This document shows positions 48,290 through 57,070 of a stretch of DNA of 64,000 nt, piece after piece. The DNA lies in assembly GCA_045862955.1 (NCBI GenBank), contig BTVI01000013.1, forward strand, positions 1-64,000, written 5' to 3'. Numbering within the stretch: position 1 is the first letter of the stretch; every line of letters begins with the position of its first letter. The notes beneath the pieces are model-generated. The model was not told where the DNA came from and searched no databases. It worked only from the letters and a program-made list of their open reading frames with translations. The position numbers were made by a program, and so were the translations under genes. Source of the DNA: Fimbriimonadales bacterium. Its GTDB lineage: Bacteria; Armatimonadota; Fimbriimonadia; Fimbriimonadales; JABRVX01.

Positions 48290-49500
48290 GCGGCATTCTC
48301 CTGTTGTCTGCTTTCATCTGCAAGGCCTCGCCAAACATCGAGGCGGTGGCTAAGCCCCTCACGGTCCAGATAATCGTAATCGAGCGCAGCCACCGACGCC
48401 CCCTCGGCCTCATCCGCCTCGCAGCATAGCGCACATGCCGCATGCACCGCCGTCAGCGGGGTGAAGCCAGGCGCTTCCGAGTCGTTGGGGTTGTCGTGGT
48501 ATGCGACGGCCTCTACCACCGGATTCGGCAATCCCCACAGGCCGAGAAGGTAACCGCCAACCTCACCATGGCTCGCGCCTAGCCTACGGACTTCTGCTTC
48601 CCAGAGTGGCACGCTCTCCTCCTCTGCCAACTGCTTAGCGTCTAGGTAGCCGATCTGCAGTCCGGAAGCGAGCACCATTGTTCCGGCTGCGTGGAGAAAT
48701 CCAGCTATGAACGCGTCTTCGACACACCTCTTGCCGGCAGATTCCGCCTCGGCAATGCGCTTAGCGAGCACGCTCGTGCGGGAGCTGTGATGCCACAGTT
48801 GCTCCAGATTCACGCCCGGCAGACGGCCGGCCTCGTACTGCGAAAATACGTGGACCGACAGCACGAGGGCGCGGAGCGTCTCCGTCCCCAGCAGGGCCGC
48901 GGCCTGCGCCGGGCTCCCTACGTGGCGAGGTAGGCCGAAGAAAGCCGAGTTTACGAGCTGGAGAATCTTCGCGCTCATAGCCACGTCTTTGGAAACGATC
49001 TGCCCGATACGCTGGATCGACGCATCTTCCGAGGCCAGCTCCTGCACCAGCTCCGCGTAGACAGACGGCAGGCTCGGCAGCGAGCCGACGCGGGCAATCA
49101 AGCCCTTCAGCTCCTCTCTAGCCAGCAGCGAGCTGAGCGAGCAGGCTCTATCTACCGTCTTCCTCAGTGTATCGGCGTCGCAGGGCTTTGCCAGATATTG
49201 GTGCGATGGACCGACGGTGCGCAGAATCGACTCCATGTCCGCCTGTCCGGACAGCACGATGCGCACCATATGCGGGTAGTGGTCTTGCACGAACGCAAGG
49301 AGCGCCGCACCGTCCAGGCCGGGCATGCGCATGTCAGTCACGATGACGTCGAAGTTCTCGCTCGCCAGCACGCGCTTGGCGTCGTCTGCGCTTTGCACGA
49401 ACTCCATGTGCCACATGTCACGCATGGCGTGCAGCATGCGACGAAGGCCTTGTAGCACGCCGGGGTCATCGTCTACGAAGAGCACTCGCTTCATGCACAT
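48286..49500 (-). CDS. Response regulator with HDOD domain
   Basis: REC + LPSLP, KILQLVNSAFFG, LW.HS, LLGLWGLP, AYH. Confidence 0.93.
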   Translation of the reverse strand: MCMKRVLFVDDDPGVLQGLRRMLHAMRDMWHMEFVQSADDAKRVLASENFDVIVTDMRMPGLDGAALLAFVQDHYPHMVRIVLSGQADMESILRTVGPSHQYLAKPCDADTLRKTVDRACSLSSLLAREELKGLIARVGSLPSLPSVYAELVQELASEDASIQRIGQIVSKDVAMSAKILQLVNSAFFGLPRHVGSPAQAAALLGTETLRALVLSVHVFSQYEAGRLPGVNLEQLWHHSSRTSVLAKRIAEAESAGKRCVEDAFIAGFLHAAGTMVLASGLQIGYLDAKQLAEEESVPLWEAEVRRLGASHGEVGGYLLGLWGLPNPVVEAVAYHDNPNDSEAPGFTPLTAVHAACALCCEADEAEGASVAALDYDYLDREGLSHRLDVWRGLADESRQQENAA

Positions 49501-50810
49501 CGTTCGTCTCGCTGCATGGAAGGTTGTTCCAGTGGGAGCCTGATGATGAAGGTCGCACCCTGCCCGGGAGCGCTCTCGACCGAGATGCTGCCTCGGTGGC
49601 GGTCCGTCACGATGCGGTGCGCAAGAGCCAACCCTTGTCCCGTGCCTTTGCCCACCCCTTTGGTGGTGAAAAACGGGTCGAAGATGCGCCTTTGAATGCT
49701 CTCAGGGATGCCCGTGCCGGTGTCCGCAATCCGGACCTCCACACAATTCCCATCGCGGCGTGTAGAGACCCGGATCAGACCCTTCTGCTCGCGCCCGTCT
49801 CCCACGACGTCCGCCACGGCGTGCGCTGCGTTCACGATAACGTTGAGAAACACCTGATTGAGGTCACCGGGCAGGCAGGGCACGGGCGGCAGGTCCTGGT
49901 CGAAGTCCGTCTCCACCTCGGCCACGTACTTCCATTCGTTGCGTGAGATAGTGATGGTGCTGTCCAGCGCGCGGTTCAGGTCAACGTAGGTCATGTCCTC
50001 GCTGCCAGGGTGCGAGAACTCTTTCATTGCGCGCACGATCTTGGCCACTCGCTCCAGCCCCGCAAGCGATTGCTCGATGGCCTTCGGTATCTCTCGGACC
50101 AGGTACGGCACATCGGCACAACGAAAACGCTCCTCCACGTCTGCCAGCAAGTCTGGGGGGATGGCGCCCTCTTTTGCGCAGCGAAGCATCGCAGCGCATG
50201 CCTCCAGCAACGGCATCACATCGTCGAAGGCGTCCTTCAAGAACTGGGTGTTATCTCCCACGAACTGGGTCGGCGTGTTGATTTCGTGCGCGATGCCTGC
50301 CGCCAGCAAGCCGATCGCCTCCAGCTTCTGTGCGTGGGCCAGCTGCGCTTGCAACGCCTTCCGCTCCGTAATGTCTGCTCCAAACAGCAGGCATCCCGAC
50401 ACGGCTCCGCCCACGCGTATCGGGTGCAGGTCGAGTCCGAGGATCCCCTGATGACCGGTGGGCTTCGTGTACTTCAGGTCCTCGACACTGCGGCTCTCGC
50501 CGGTTCTTAGGCACTCGTCGAGAGGTCCCTTAACCCGAGTCCAGTCCCATGGCAGAGGGCTTTCTTCCAGCCGGCTGCCAAGAACGGCCTCGGCCGCAAA
50601 CCCCAGCGTGGCCTCAGCATACCGATTCCATAAGACCACGCACTGCCGCGCGTCTACCGCGATCAGCAGCGATGGCAGGGTAGCCAGAAGGTCCTCGGCC
50701 GTCCACTGACCGCCGAATGTCTGTGCGGGCCCAACAGATGCTCCGTGTTCCATCGGGTACGACCGGCCTCCCAGGGCGCCTCGCGGCTCGGCCGCCAGGG
50801 CGACGACCAT
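49491..50810 (-). CDS. PAS sensor histidine kinase
   Basis: PAS + QKLEAIGLLAAGIAHEINTP, NVIVNAA, DTGTG, FTTKGVGKGTGQGL; start 50810 or 50753. Confidence 0.93.
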   Translation of the reverse strand: MVVALAAEPRGALGGRSYPMEHGASVGPAQTFGGQWTAEDLLATLPSLLIAVDARQCVVLWNRYAEATLGFAAEAVLGSRLEESPLPWDWTRVKGPLDECLRTGESRSVEDLKYTKPTGHQGILGLDLHPIRVGGAVSGCLLFGADITERKALQAQLAHAQKLEAIGLLAAGIAHEINTPTQFVGDNTQFLKDAFDDVMPLLEACAAMLRCAKEGAIPPDLLADVEERFRCADVPYLVREIPKAIEQSLAGLERVAKIVRAMKEFSHPGSEDMTYVDLNRALDSTITISRNEWKYVAEVETDFDQDLPPVPCLPGDLNQVFLNVIVNAAHAVADVVGDGREQKGLIRVSTRRDGNCVEVRIADTGTGIPESIQRRIFDPFFTTKGVGKGTGQGLALAHRIVTDRHRGSISVESAPGQGATFIIRLPLEQPSMQRDERCA

Positions 50811-50877
50811 CCCGTGCGGGACGCTCCTACCCTCTTATTGTCGGGTCGGTGTGAAATCTGTCGCACCCACTTCGCAC

Positions 50878-50901
50878 GGTATTTCGCCGTCCCGGCGATG
50901 C
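50878..50901. repeat. REP-like hairpin repeat copy
   Basis: GGTATTTCGCCGTCCCGGCGATGC just downstream of the NCS2 gene. Confidence 0.6.
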
Positions 50902-50914
50902 AACGTGTCCGGTG

Positions 50915-52282
50915 TTAAGACAACCTCTGTCTGGCTGTCAGCAGGTACGCCAGCAGCGCCAGTGCGAGCACGTACATCAACCAGTGCACTTGCCGGCCTT
51001 TGCCCGCTGCCACGCGCACAACGGGATAGGATATGAATCCTAGCGCCAGCCCGTCGGCAATCGAGTAGCACAGCGGAATGCCGGCGAGCACCAAGAAGGA
51101 AGGCAGCGCCTCGGAGAAGTCGTCCCACTCGATGTGCCGGGCGCTCTGCAACATCAGCACTCCCACCACCACGAGGGCAGGGGCGGTGAGCGGCGGATAG
51201 CCGCCGATGACATGAATCAGCGGTCCGAAGCAAAGCGCCGCTAAGAACAGGAGTCCGGCTACGACCGCCGTCAGCCCCGTGCGGCCCCCGTAGGCCACTC
51301 CGGCTGCGCTCTCGATGTAGGCAGTGACGGTGCTGGTGCCGAGGGCTGCACCCACCACGGTAGCCCCCGAATCCACGACCAGCGCCTGTACGATGCGCGG
51401 CGTCTTGCCCTCCTTAGTGGTGATGCCTGCCTGTTGTGCCACGGCTACCAAGGTGCCCGTAGCGTCCAGCAGCGCCATCAGCGTGAATACGATGATGAAG
51501 GGCAAGCAGAAGAGTGTCAGCGCGCCCTCGATGTCGAGTTGAAGGGCTGCCGGCGATGCGATGCGTGGGAAGCCGACGACGGCGCCTACACCTTGGCCCT
51601 CGAAGCGCAACTCACCCATTAGGATGGCGAGCACGCCGGCCGCGGCGATGCCCCACAAGATCGAGCCTCGAATCTTTCTCGCCTGCAAGATGCCCGCCAC
51701 CGCCAGTCCGAGGGCGAACACTGCCACCTTAGGGGAACCGAGATGCGGGTTCAGGCCGAGCCACGCGCCCGGCTTCGACACCAACACATCGCCGTTGCGG
51801 AGACCGATGAAGGCGATGAACAGGCCAATGCCGCCCGCAATCCCGTGCCGCATGCTGGGACTGATTCCCTCGATGATGCGCTCGCGCACGCCGAATAGCG
51901 AGAGACCGAGGAAGATGATGCCGGCCACGAACACGATGCCTAGAGCCACCTTCCACGCCTCCGCGATCCCCGCGGCCGCCAGCGTCATCACCACGGTGAC
52001 GAAGAAGTAGTTCTCACCCATGCCGGGCGCCAAGGCGATAGGGAACCGTGCGTACAGGCCCATCACCACCGAGGCTAGGGCGGAAGCGAGACACGTCGCA
52101 AGCACCACCGCGCCGAAGTCGAGGCCCGTAGGCTTGCCACTGAAGTCAACCGACAGGATGGCCGGCTGCAGGAAGATAATGTAGGCCATAGTGAGGAAGG
52201 TGGTGAGCCCAGCTAACACCTCGATCCGAACGGTGGTACCCGCCGCCTCGAGCCGAAACACACGGTTCAGCACAGCATTCAT
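50915..52282 (-). CDS. NCS2/AzgA-family purine permease
   Basis: EVLAGLTTFLTMAYII, APGMG.N, GIGLFIAFIGL, YIESAAGV..GGRTGLTA; GGAGG SD. Confidence 0.95.
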   Translation of the reverse strand: MNAVLNRVFRLEAAGTTVRIEVLAGLTTFLTMAYIIFLQPAILSVDFSGKPTGLDFGAVVLATCLASALASVVMGLYARFPIALAPGMGENYFFVTVVMTLAAAGIAEAWKVALGIVFVAGIIFLGLSLFGVRERIIEGISPSMRHGIAGGIGLFIAFIGLRNGDVLVSKPGAWLGLNPHLGSPKVAVFALGLAVAGILQARKIRGSILWGIAAAGVLAILMGELRFEGQGVGAVVGFPRIASPAALQLDIEGALTLFCLPFIIVFTLMALLDATGTLVAVAQQAGITTKEGKTPRIVQALVVDSGATVVGAALGTSTVTAYIESAAGVAYGGRTGLTAVVAGLLFLAALCFGPLIHVIGGYPPLTAPALVVVGVLMLQSARHIEWDDFSEALPSFLVLAGIPLCYSIADGLALGFISYPVVRVAAGKGRQVHWLMYVLALALLAYLLTARQRLS

Positions 52283-52373
52283 CGCAGGCCTCCTCCCCTC
52301 TAGATTTGCGCAAATAGACGCGAATGTCAAGAGGGCGATCCCGGGAGTTCCGTCATGCCCGCCAGGCGAAAGT

Positions 52374-52397
52374 TATGATATAGTGACTAATCACTAT
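52374..52397. promoter_or_regulatory. -10-like TATGAT followed by a palindromic operator
   Basis: ATAGTGA-CTAA-TCACTAT (52380-52397), AT-rich, in a divergent intergenic region. Confidence 0.6.
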
Positions 52398-52464
52398 CGC
52401 AGCGGACGCTCCTGTTGAGACGAGCCTGACTTGACGGGCGCATCCACACGAAGAGGAGGAAGCT

Positions 52465-53985
52465 GTGAACGTATTGGTCCCCCGAGGTGTAGCGATTCTT
52501 GCTGTATGCACGGTCCTGCTTGGCGTCTGGACCGTGTACGCAGATGATACGGACTGCCCGTATCACAAACTCAAATGGGAGGACTTCAAGGGCGACCCCC
52601 CGGCGAACAGCACACACGACGCCGAGACGACCTCCGGCATCAAAGTCTCCAACTACACATACGACACCAAAAAGGGCGACGACAACAAGTGGCACTCCAA
52701 GTTGAAGGGGGCGAAAGCTACCTCCACGATGGACAAGACGCAGTCCTGGGTGAAGCCGGGCAAGAAGACGGATGAATTGCTGAAGCATGAACAGTACCAC
52801 TTCGACATCTCGGAGTACTGGGCCAGGGAGCTTCAGAAGGTGCTGGACGGGCTCGAAGGAATCGGCGACACCCCCGAAGCAGCCGAAGCCAACCTCGCCG
52901 AGAAAGTTCAGCAAGCCTATCAAGATATCTTGCAGAAGCACAACGCGATGCAGGAGAAGTACGACGAGGAGACCGATCATAGCAGGAATGCCGAGAAGCA
53001 GGAGGAGTGGTGCAAGAAAATCGGTGACCTGCTGAACCCGCCGGCCCCGAACAAAACCGTCGGCCAAGCCTCGAACAGCGGTGTCGACTACGATCCGATC
53101 ACCAACATGCTCACCTTCCGCCCTGCGTTCTTCGACATCTTCTTCGACCTCGGCGTGCCCTTCACGGACCCTGTGCTCCAGGGAGTTCCAATCGAGATCG
53201 TTCCCATGCAGCTCACGGGCTTCCACATGAGCAACGTGTTCTCGGACCTACCGCAGTTCATGCCGGACGAGCAAGCCCCGTGGTTCACCGTGGGTGGCGG
53301 GATCGTTCGCGGCAACCTGCGCCTGGTGGTGGGGCACGGCAACTCGATGACGGGTTGGATCGAGGAACTAGACGTGCTGGAAGATGTCGTGCCGGACTCT
53401 CCGTACTTGCAGATGGTGGCGCAAGACAGAGCATCCGGAGCCGCCCTTTACTGCCTCGAAGTCGCTACCCCCATCCCACTCCGAGATGCCACCGGCAACT
53501 TCACTCTGCCGGCGTTCCTGCCCGCCCAGGTGCGAGTGGGTAGCGCCATGGCTCCCCCCAATGTCAGTGGCACACTCGGGTTGGAGTTTCACGTTGCTCC
53601 CCAAAGCATGATGGGAGTGCTAGAGGTGTACCAGCCGGGTGGCGTGGTGCCGATCGAGATCGTCTCGCTGTCCCTAACGACAGTCGGAGGTTTCTCGGCC
53701 GCTCTGACCGTGGCTCCCGGCGCGTACGACTTGCGGTTCGGCGCCCAGCACTTCCTGACGAAGCGTCTGCCAAACGTCGCCCTCGCATGGGGGAACAACG
53801 ACGTCGGGTACGTTCCACTAACCAACGGCGACGCTATGGCCGACAACGCAGTGGGCCTGGCGGACCTCAACGCCGTGCTCCTCGCCTTCGGCGGACCGAG
53901 CCCCGATCTCGATGGCGACGGACTCGTATCTCTCCCAGACCTCAACATCGTCCTCGTGAACTTCGGCAAGGTGGGGGACAACTAG
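52465..53985 (+). CDS. Secreted DUF922-like zincin fused to a C-terminal dockerin-like module
   Basis: Signal peptide; KLKWEDFKG, SWV..LLKHEQYHFDI.E, YDEETDH (DUF922-type); C-terminal NGDA..DN.V.LADLN.VL.AFG..DLDGDG.V.LPDL. Confidence 0.85.
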   Translation: MNVLVPRGVAILAVCTVLLGVWTVYADDTDCPYHKLKWEDFKGDPPANSTHDAETTSGIKVSNYTYDTKKGDDNKWHSKLKGAKATSTMDKTQSWVKPGKKTDELLKHEQYHFDISEYWARELQKVLDGLEGIGDTPEAAEANLAEKVQQAYQDILQKHNAMQEKYDEETDHSRNAEKQEEWCKKIGDLLNPPAPNKTVGQASNSGVDYDPITNMLTFRPAFFDIFFDLGVPFTDPVLQGVPIEIVPMQLTGFHMSNVFSDLPQFMPDEQAPWFTVGGGIVRGNLRLVVGHGNSMTGWIEELDVLEDVVPDSPYLQMVAQDRASGAALYCLEVATPIPLRDATGNFTLPAFLPAQVRVGSAMAPPNVSGTLGLEFHVAPQSMMGVLEVYQPGGVVPIEIVSLSLTTVGGFSAALTVAPGAYDLRFGAQHFLTKRLPNVALAWGNNDVGYVPLTNGDAMADNAVGLADLNAVLLAFGGPSPDLDGDGLVSLPDLNIVLVNFGKVGDN

Positions 53986-53994
53986 GCTCGCTGC

Positions 53995-54026
53995 AGCGGT
54001 CCGGCAACCCACCCTGCCGGACCGCT
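53995..54026. terminator. Terminator-like hairpin
   Basis: AGCGGTCCGGCA / TGCCGGACCGCT 12-bp stem, 9 nt after the stop codon. Confidence 0.7.
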
Positions 54027-54063
54027 TGCCCCCTTCGTGGCGCCGGCAGGGTATACAGACGGC

Positions 54064-55452
54064 ATGAACCAGCCCGAATCTGCCGCCCGCATTAGTTCGT
54101 GGATTGAAGCGCATCGCGACGAGATGGTTGCTGCGCTGCGAGAGCAGCTCCGTATTCCCAGCAAGGAAGGCCCGCCTGCCGAGGGAGCACCGTTCGGGGC
54201 AGAGTGCCGCAAAGCGCTGGACTTGGCGCTGGCAATGGCCGCGGAGGCCGGCTTTCGAACGCGTAACCTAGACGGTTACGCCGGCCATGCGGAGTTCGGA
54301 GACGGCTCGGAGATGGTGATGGCACTCGGACACCTGGACGTGGTGCCGGAAGGGGAGGGCTGGAAGTTCGACCCCTACGGCGCGGAGGTTGCGGACGGCT
54401 ACATCTATGCCCGTGGAGCGGTAGATGATAAGGGGCCGACGTACGCTGCGTTCTTTGCCGCCAGAGCTATCAAGGAGCTGGGGCTGCCCATCCGCAGGCG
54501 CATCCGCATCGTGTTCGGGTGCAACGAGGAGAGCGGCTTTCGATGCGTGAAGCACTACTTCGAACACGAGGAGGCGCCTACCCTCGGCTTCGCACCAGAC
54601 GCGGAGTGGCCGCTGATCTATGCCGAGAAAGGCGTAGCGAACCTTACCATATCGCGCCGGGTGGAGCAGGGAAGTGGCCTGCGGATCGCCAGCCTGGAGG
54701 GCGGAGAGAGGCCCAACATCGTGCCAGACCGGGCGCGCGCAACCCTGACGGGCCCTGAGCCCGACTTACGGGGTGCGTCCGATAGGCTGGCGGAGTACTG
54801 GGATCGGAACGTGACTGCTGTACTTAGCGATGGGGAGCTGCAGGTAACGGCAATTGGCAAGGCTGCTCATGCCTCTACTCCATTCTTGGGAGACAACGCT
54901 GCATCCCGCCTGCTTCGGGCACTGAGGACCCTCGAGCTGCCGAGTGACGGGCAATGGGTGGATGCTCTGTTTCGCGCCTCCGATCCCGCGGGGGCTGGCC
55001 TCGGCATCCATGGCAGAGACGAGATCGTAGGCGATCTCACATCCAACCTCGGCATCCTGCGTGTTCGAGGCGGCGTCGTCACGGCCCTCTTCAACATCCG
55101 GTACCCAGTCGAGTGGAGAGGCGATAGGCTGCTGGAGCGCGTGGGCTCGTTCCTACACGCTAGCGGCTTCGAGATCGACGAGCTTACGGACAGCAAGCCG
55201 CTGCACGTGCCGGTGGACCAGGAGCCGGTGCGAAGCATCCTGGCGGTGTTGGAGGAGGAGTTCGGCGAAGCGCAGAGGCCGGGAACTATGGGAGGGGGCA
55301 CTTACGCTCGAGCCGTGCCGAACACTGTAGCGGTGGGCACCTGCTGGCCCGGCGACGGCGTTGCGCACGAGCCGAACGAGCGGTACGCCATTTCGTCCTA
55401 TCTGCGCGCTACAGCCATCTACGCTCGCATCCTCTTGCGCCTGGCGAGCTAG
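54064..55452 (+). CDS. pepV: M20 dipeptidase (PepV/Sapep family)
   Basis: GHLDVVP, ARGAVDDKGP, NEESG, PDA.WP..AEKG, GGGTYAR, AHEPNE. Confidence 0.93.
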   Translation: MNQPESAARISSWIEAHRDEMVAALREQLRIPSKEGPPAEGAPFGAECRKALDLALAMAAEAGFRTRNLDGYAGHAEFGDGSEMVMALGHLDVVPEGEGWKFDPYGAEVADGYIYARGAVDDKGPTYAAFFAARAIKELGLPIRRRIRIVFGCNEESGFRCVKHYFEHEEAPTLGFAPDAEWPLIYAEKGVANLTISRRVEQGSGLRIASLEGGERPNIVPDRARATLTGPEPDLRGASDRLAEYWDRNVTAVLSDGELQVTAIGKAAHASTPFLGDNAASRLLRALRTLELPSDGQWVDALFRASDPAGAGLGIHGRDEIVGDLTSNLGILRVRGGVVTALFNIRYPVEWRGDRLLERVGSFLHASGFEIDELTDSKPLHVPVDQEPVRSILAVLEEEFGEAQRPGTMGGGTYARAVPNTVAVGTCWPGDGVAHEPNERYAISSYLRATAIYARILLRLAS

Positions 55453-55586
55453 GGTCCACGGCTGGACGCGAACGGTAACCAAGACCGTGTCGCGCGCCGC
55501 CTAACTGCTGGGCGCCGTCTGAAGAACCGCTCACCAAGTGCGAATCATCCGAGTAGAGCATCTGCTCATCTTGGATGAGGTGACGT

Positions 55587-56756
55587 ATGTATCGTCTTTT
55601 CGGCAAGGCCCTGGTGCTGTTTGCACTGCCGGCGATCATCGCGGGTTGTGGCGGCGGAGGCGGGCTAAGCAGTGACAGCCGCTCCTACAGCGGGACGCTC
55701 AACTTCACCCTCGGCGGCGCTCCGGTCGGCTTCGATGTCACCACCGCCGTTGTAACGGCATCGAAACTCGAGGTCCGCAGCAAGGCAACCGGCCAATATG
55801 AAACCCTATGGTCCGGAACCCGAGAGGTCGACCTTCTCGCCTCCGAGCCCCAGGAGTTCTCGGGCCAGGTTACGCTCGGAAGCGAGATGCATGCAGACTT
55901 CGACAGTCTTCGTGTGACGCTGTCGCACGTCGTCTTGCAGGACACCGAGCTCGGGTCCTTCGACCAGGACGTAGCGTGGAGCTTCGAATTCCCCCTCGAC
56001 ATGCGCATGGTAGCCGGAAGAAAGGCTCTCCTGCGCGCCGTCCTGCCACTGGCTGCCTTCCAGCTTCAGGAGGATAGCCTGGTACTGAGCGAGGATGTGG
56101 TTGTCCAAGCTAACGTCTCCGACCAAGGGGTCCTCGAGCCTCGATGGGTAGACGCCGTGTATCTCGACCTAAGCCACCTGCCGTATGAGATTCCTCTTCC
56201 CACCGGCGGTGTCGCCACGGGCATCTGGTTCAGCAACGACAACATGGGATTTTTTGTCGACGACCAGGATGGAAGTGGTGGCGAGTTCTACTCCTGGTAC
56301 GACGGCGAGTTCTCCAAGGGAGGCACCTACGAGTACGACGACCCACAGAAATCCAGCCTGACCTGGCGCGTTGATGACGCTCTCGGTGTCGAGACGGGAA
56401 CAGCCTACGCCCTGCGAACCGTGTGCCCCCTGCGCGCTGGAGGATGGAGTGCTCTCGTGATGACGGGGGGCAAAGCCGAGCACGGCGTGTTCATACTCGT
56501 CAAGACGGATAGCAATAGGAACATCGTCGAAATCTACGGCGGGGACGTCGTGTTGAACGACGAAAACGATCCCACCAAGGGCGGGACCGCAGAAATCCTA
56601 TCGCTCTACGATGTTTTGAACCAAAGCCAAGAGGCGGTGCCTGCGGAGGTCGGCCTGACGTATGACGGCAAGGTCTCGGGTACGTACTCGATCAGCGGTG
56701 GAGGGTATGCGGTACCCGCCACTGGCTCTTGGGTGCTCTACGTGCCTGGCGGTTAG
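55587..56756 (+). CDS. Lipoprotein of unknown function (DUF4382-like N-terminal domain possible)
   Basis: Lipobox IAG/C followed by GGGGG; VDLL motif; GAGGTG SD. Confidence 0.75.
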   Translation: MYRLFGKALVLFALPAIIAGCGGGGGLSSDSRSYSGTLNFTLGGAPVGFDVTTAVVTASKLEVRSKATGQYETLWSGTREVDLLASEPQEFSGQVTLGSEMHADFDSLRVTLSHVVLQDTELGSFDQDVAWSFEFPLDMRMVAGRKALLRAVLPLAAFQLQEDSLVLSEDVVVQANVSDQGVLEPRWVDAVYLDLSHLPYEIPLPTGGVATGIWFSNDNMGFFVDDQDGSGGEFYSWYDGEFSKGGTYEYDDPQKSSLTWRVDDALGVETGTAYALRTVCPLRAGGWSALVMTGGKAEHGVFILVKTDSNRNIVEIYGGDVVLNDENDPTKGGTAEILSLYDVLNQSQEAVPAEVGLTYDGKVSGTYSISGGGYAVPATGSWVLYVPGG

Positions 56757-56800
56757 TGCGCTTACGTATCTTGCACGCAACGGGGCCTGAGATCGCGGGT

Positions 56801-56835
56801 GGTTCGCCCTCCCGTGAGCTGCGGGAGGGCGAACC
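56801..56835. terminator. Strong hairpin (terminator or REP-like)
   Basis: GGTTCGCCCTCCCG / CGGGAGGGCGAACC perfect 14-bp stem. Confidence 0.65.
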
Positions 56836-57070
56836 GGAATCTTGCATCTCTATGGTCTCTTTGTAGCGTGAGGGCAGTGGCTGCCGCGCCAGCGCATGTT
56901 TCGAATGCCTGAGACCCAACTCAACATAATACTTATTATCGGACGTAATGTCCCGGGCCGACTGACCCACCCGAGACGATGGGTACAATCTGAAGCGTGC
57001 CGGTGCTGTCCTCGCCCCGCCCGACAGGACCGGCTCGAACGTTCCGAGAGCGAGCACGTATCCATAAGCC

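Noticed and set aside
52283..52380. Purine riboswitch upstream of the NCS2 permease
   Set aside because: Conserved aptamer core not found; TTGACA lies close to the SD, leaving no room
52387..53226. 279-aa minus-strand ORF
   Set aside because: Antisense shadow of the DUF922 gene
56990..57070. T-box leader upstream of alaS
   Set aside because: Leader only ~80 nt, with no T-box (GGTGGNACC) or terminator; only modest hairpins
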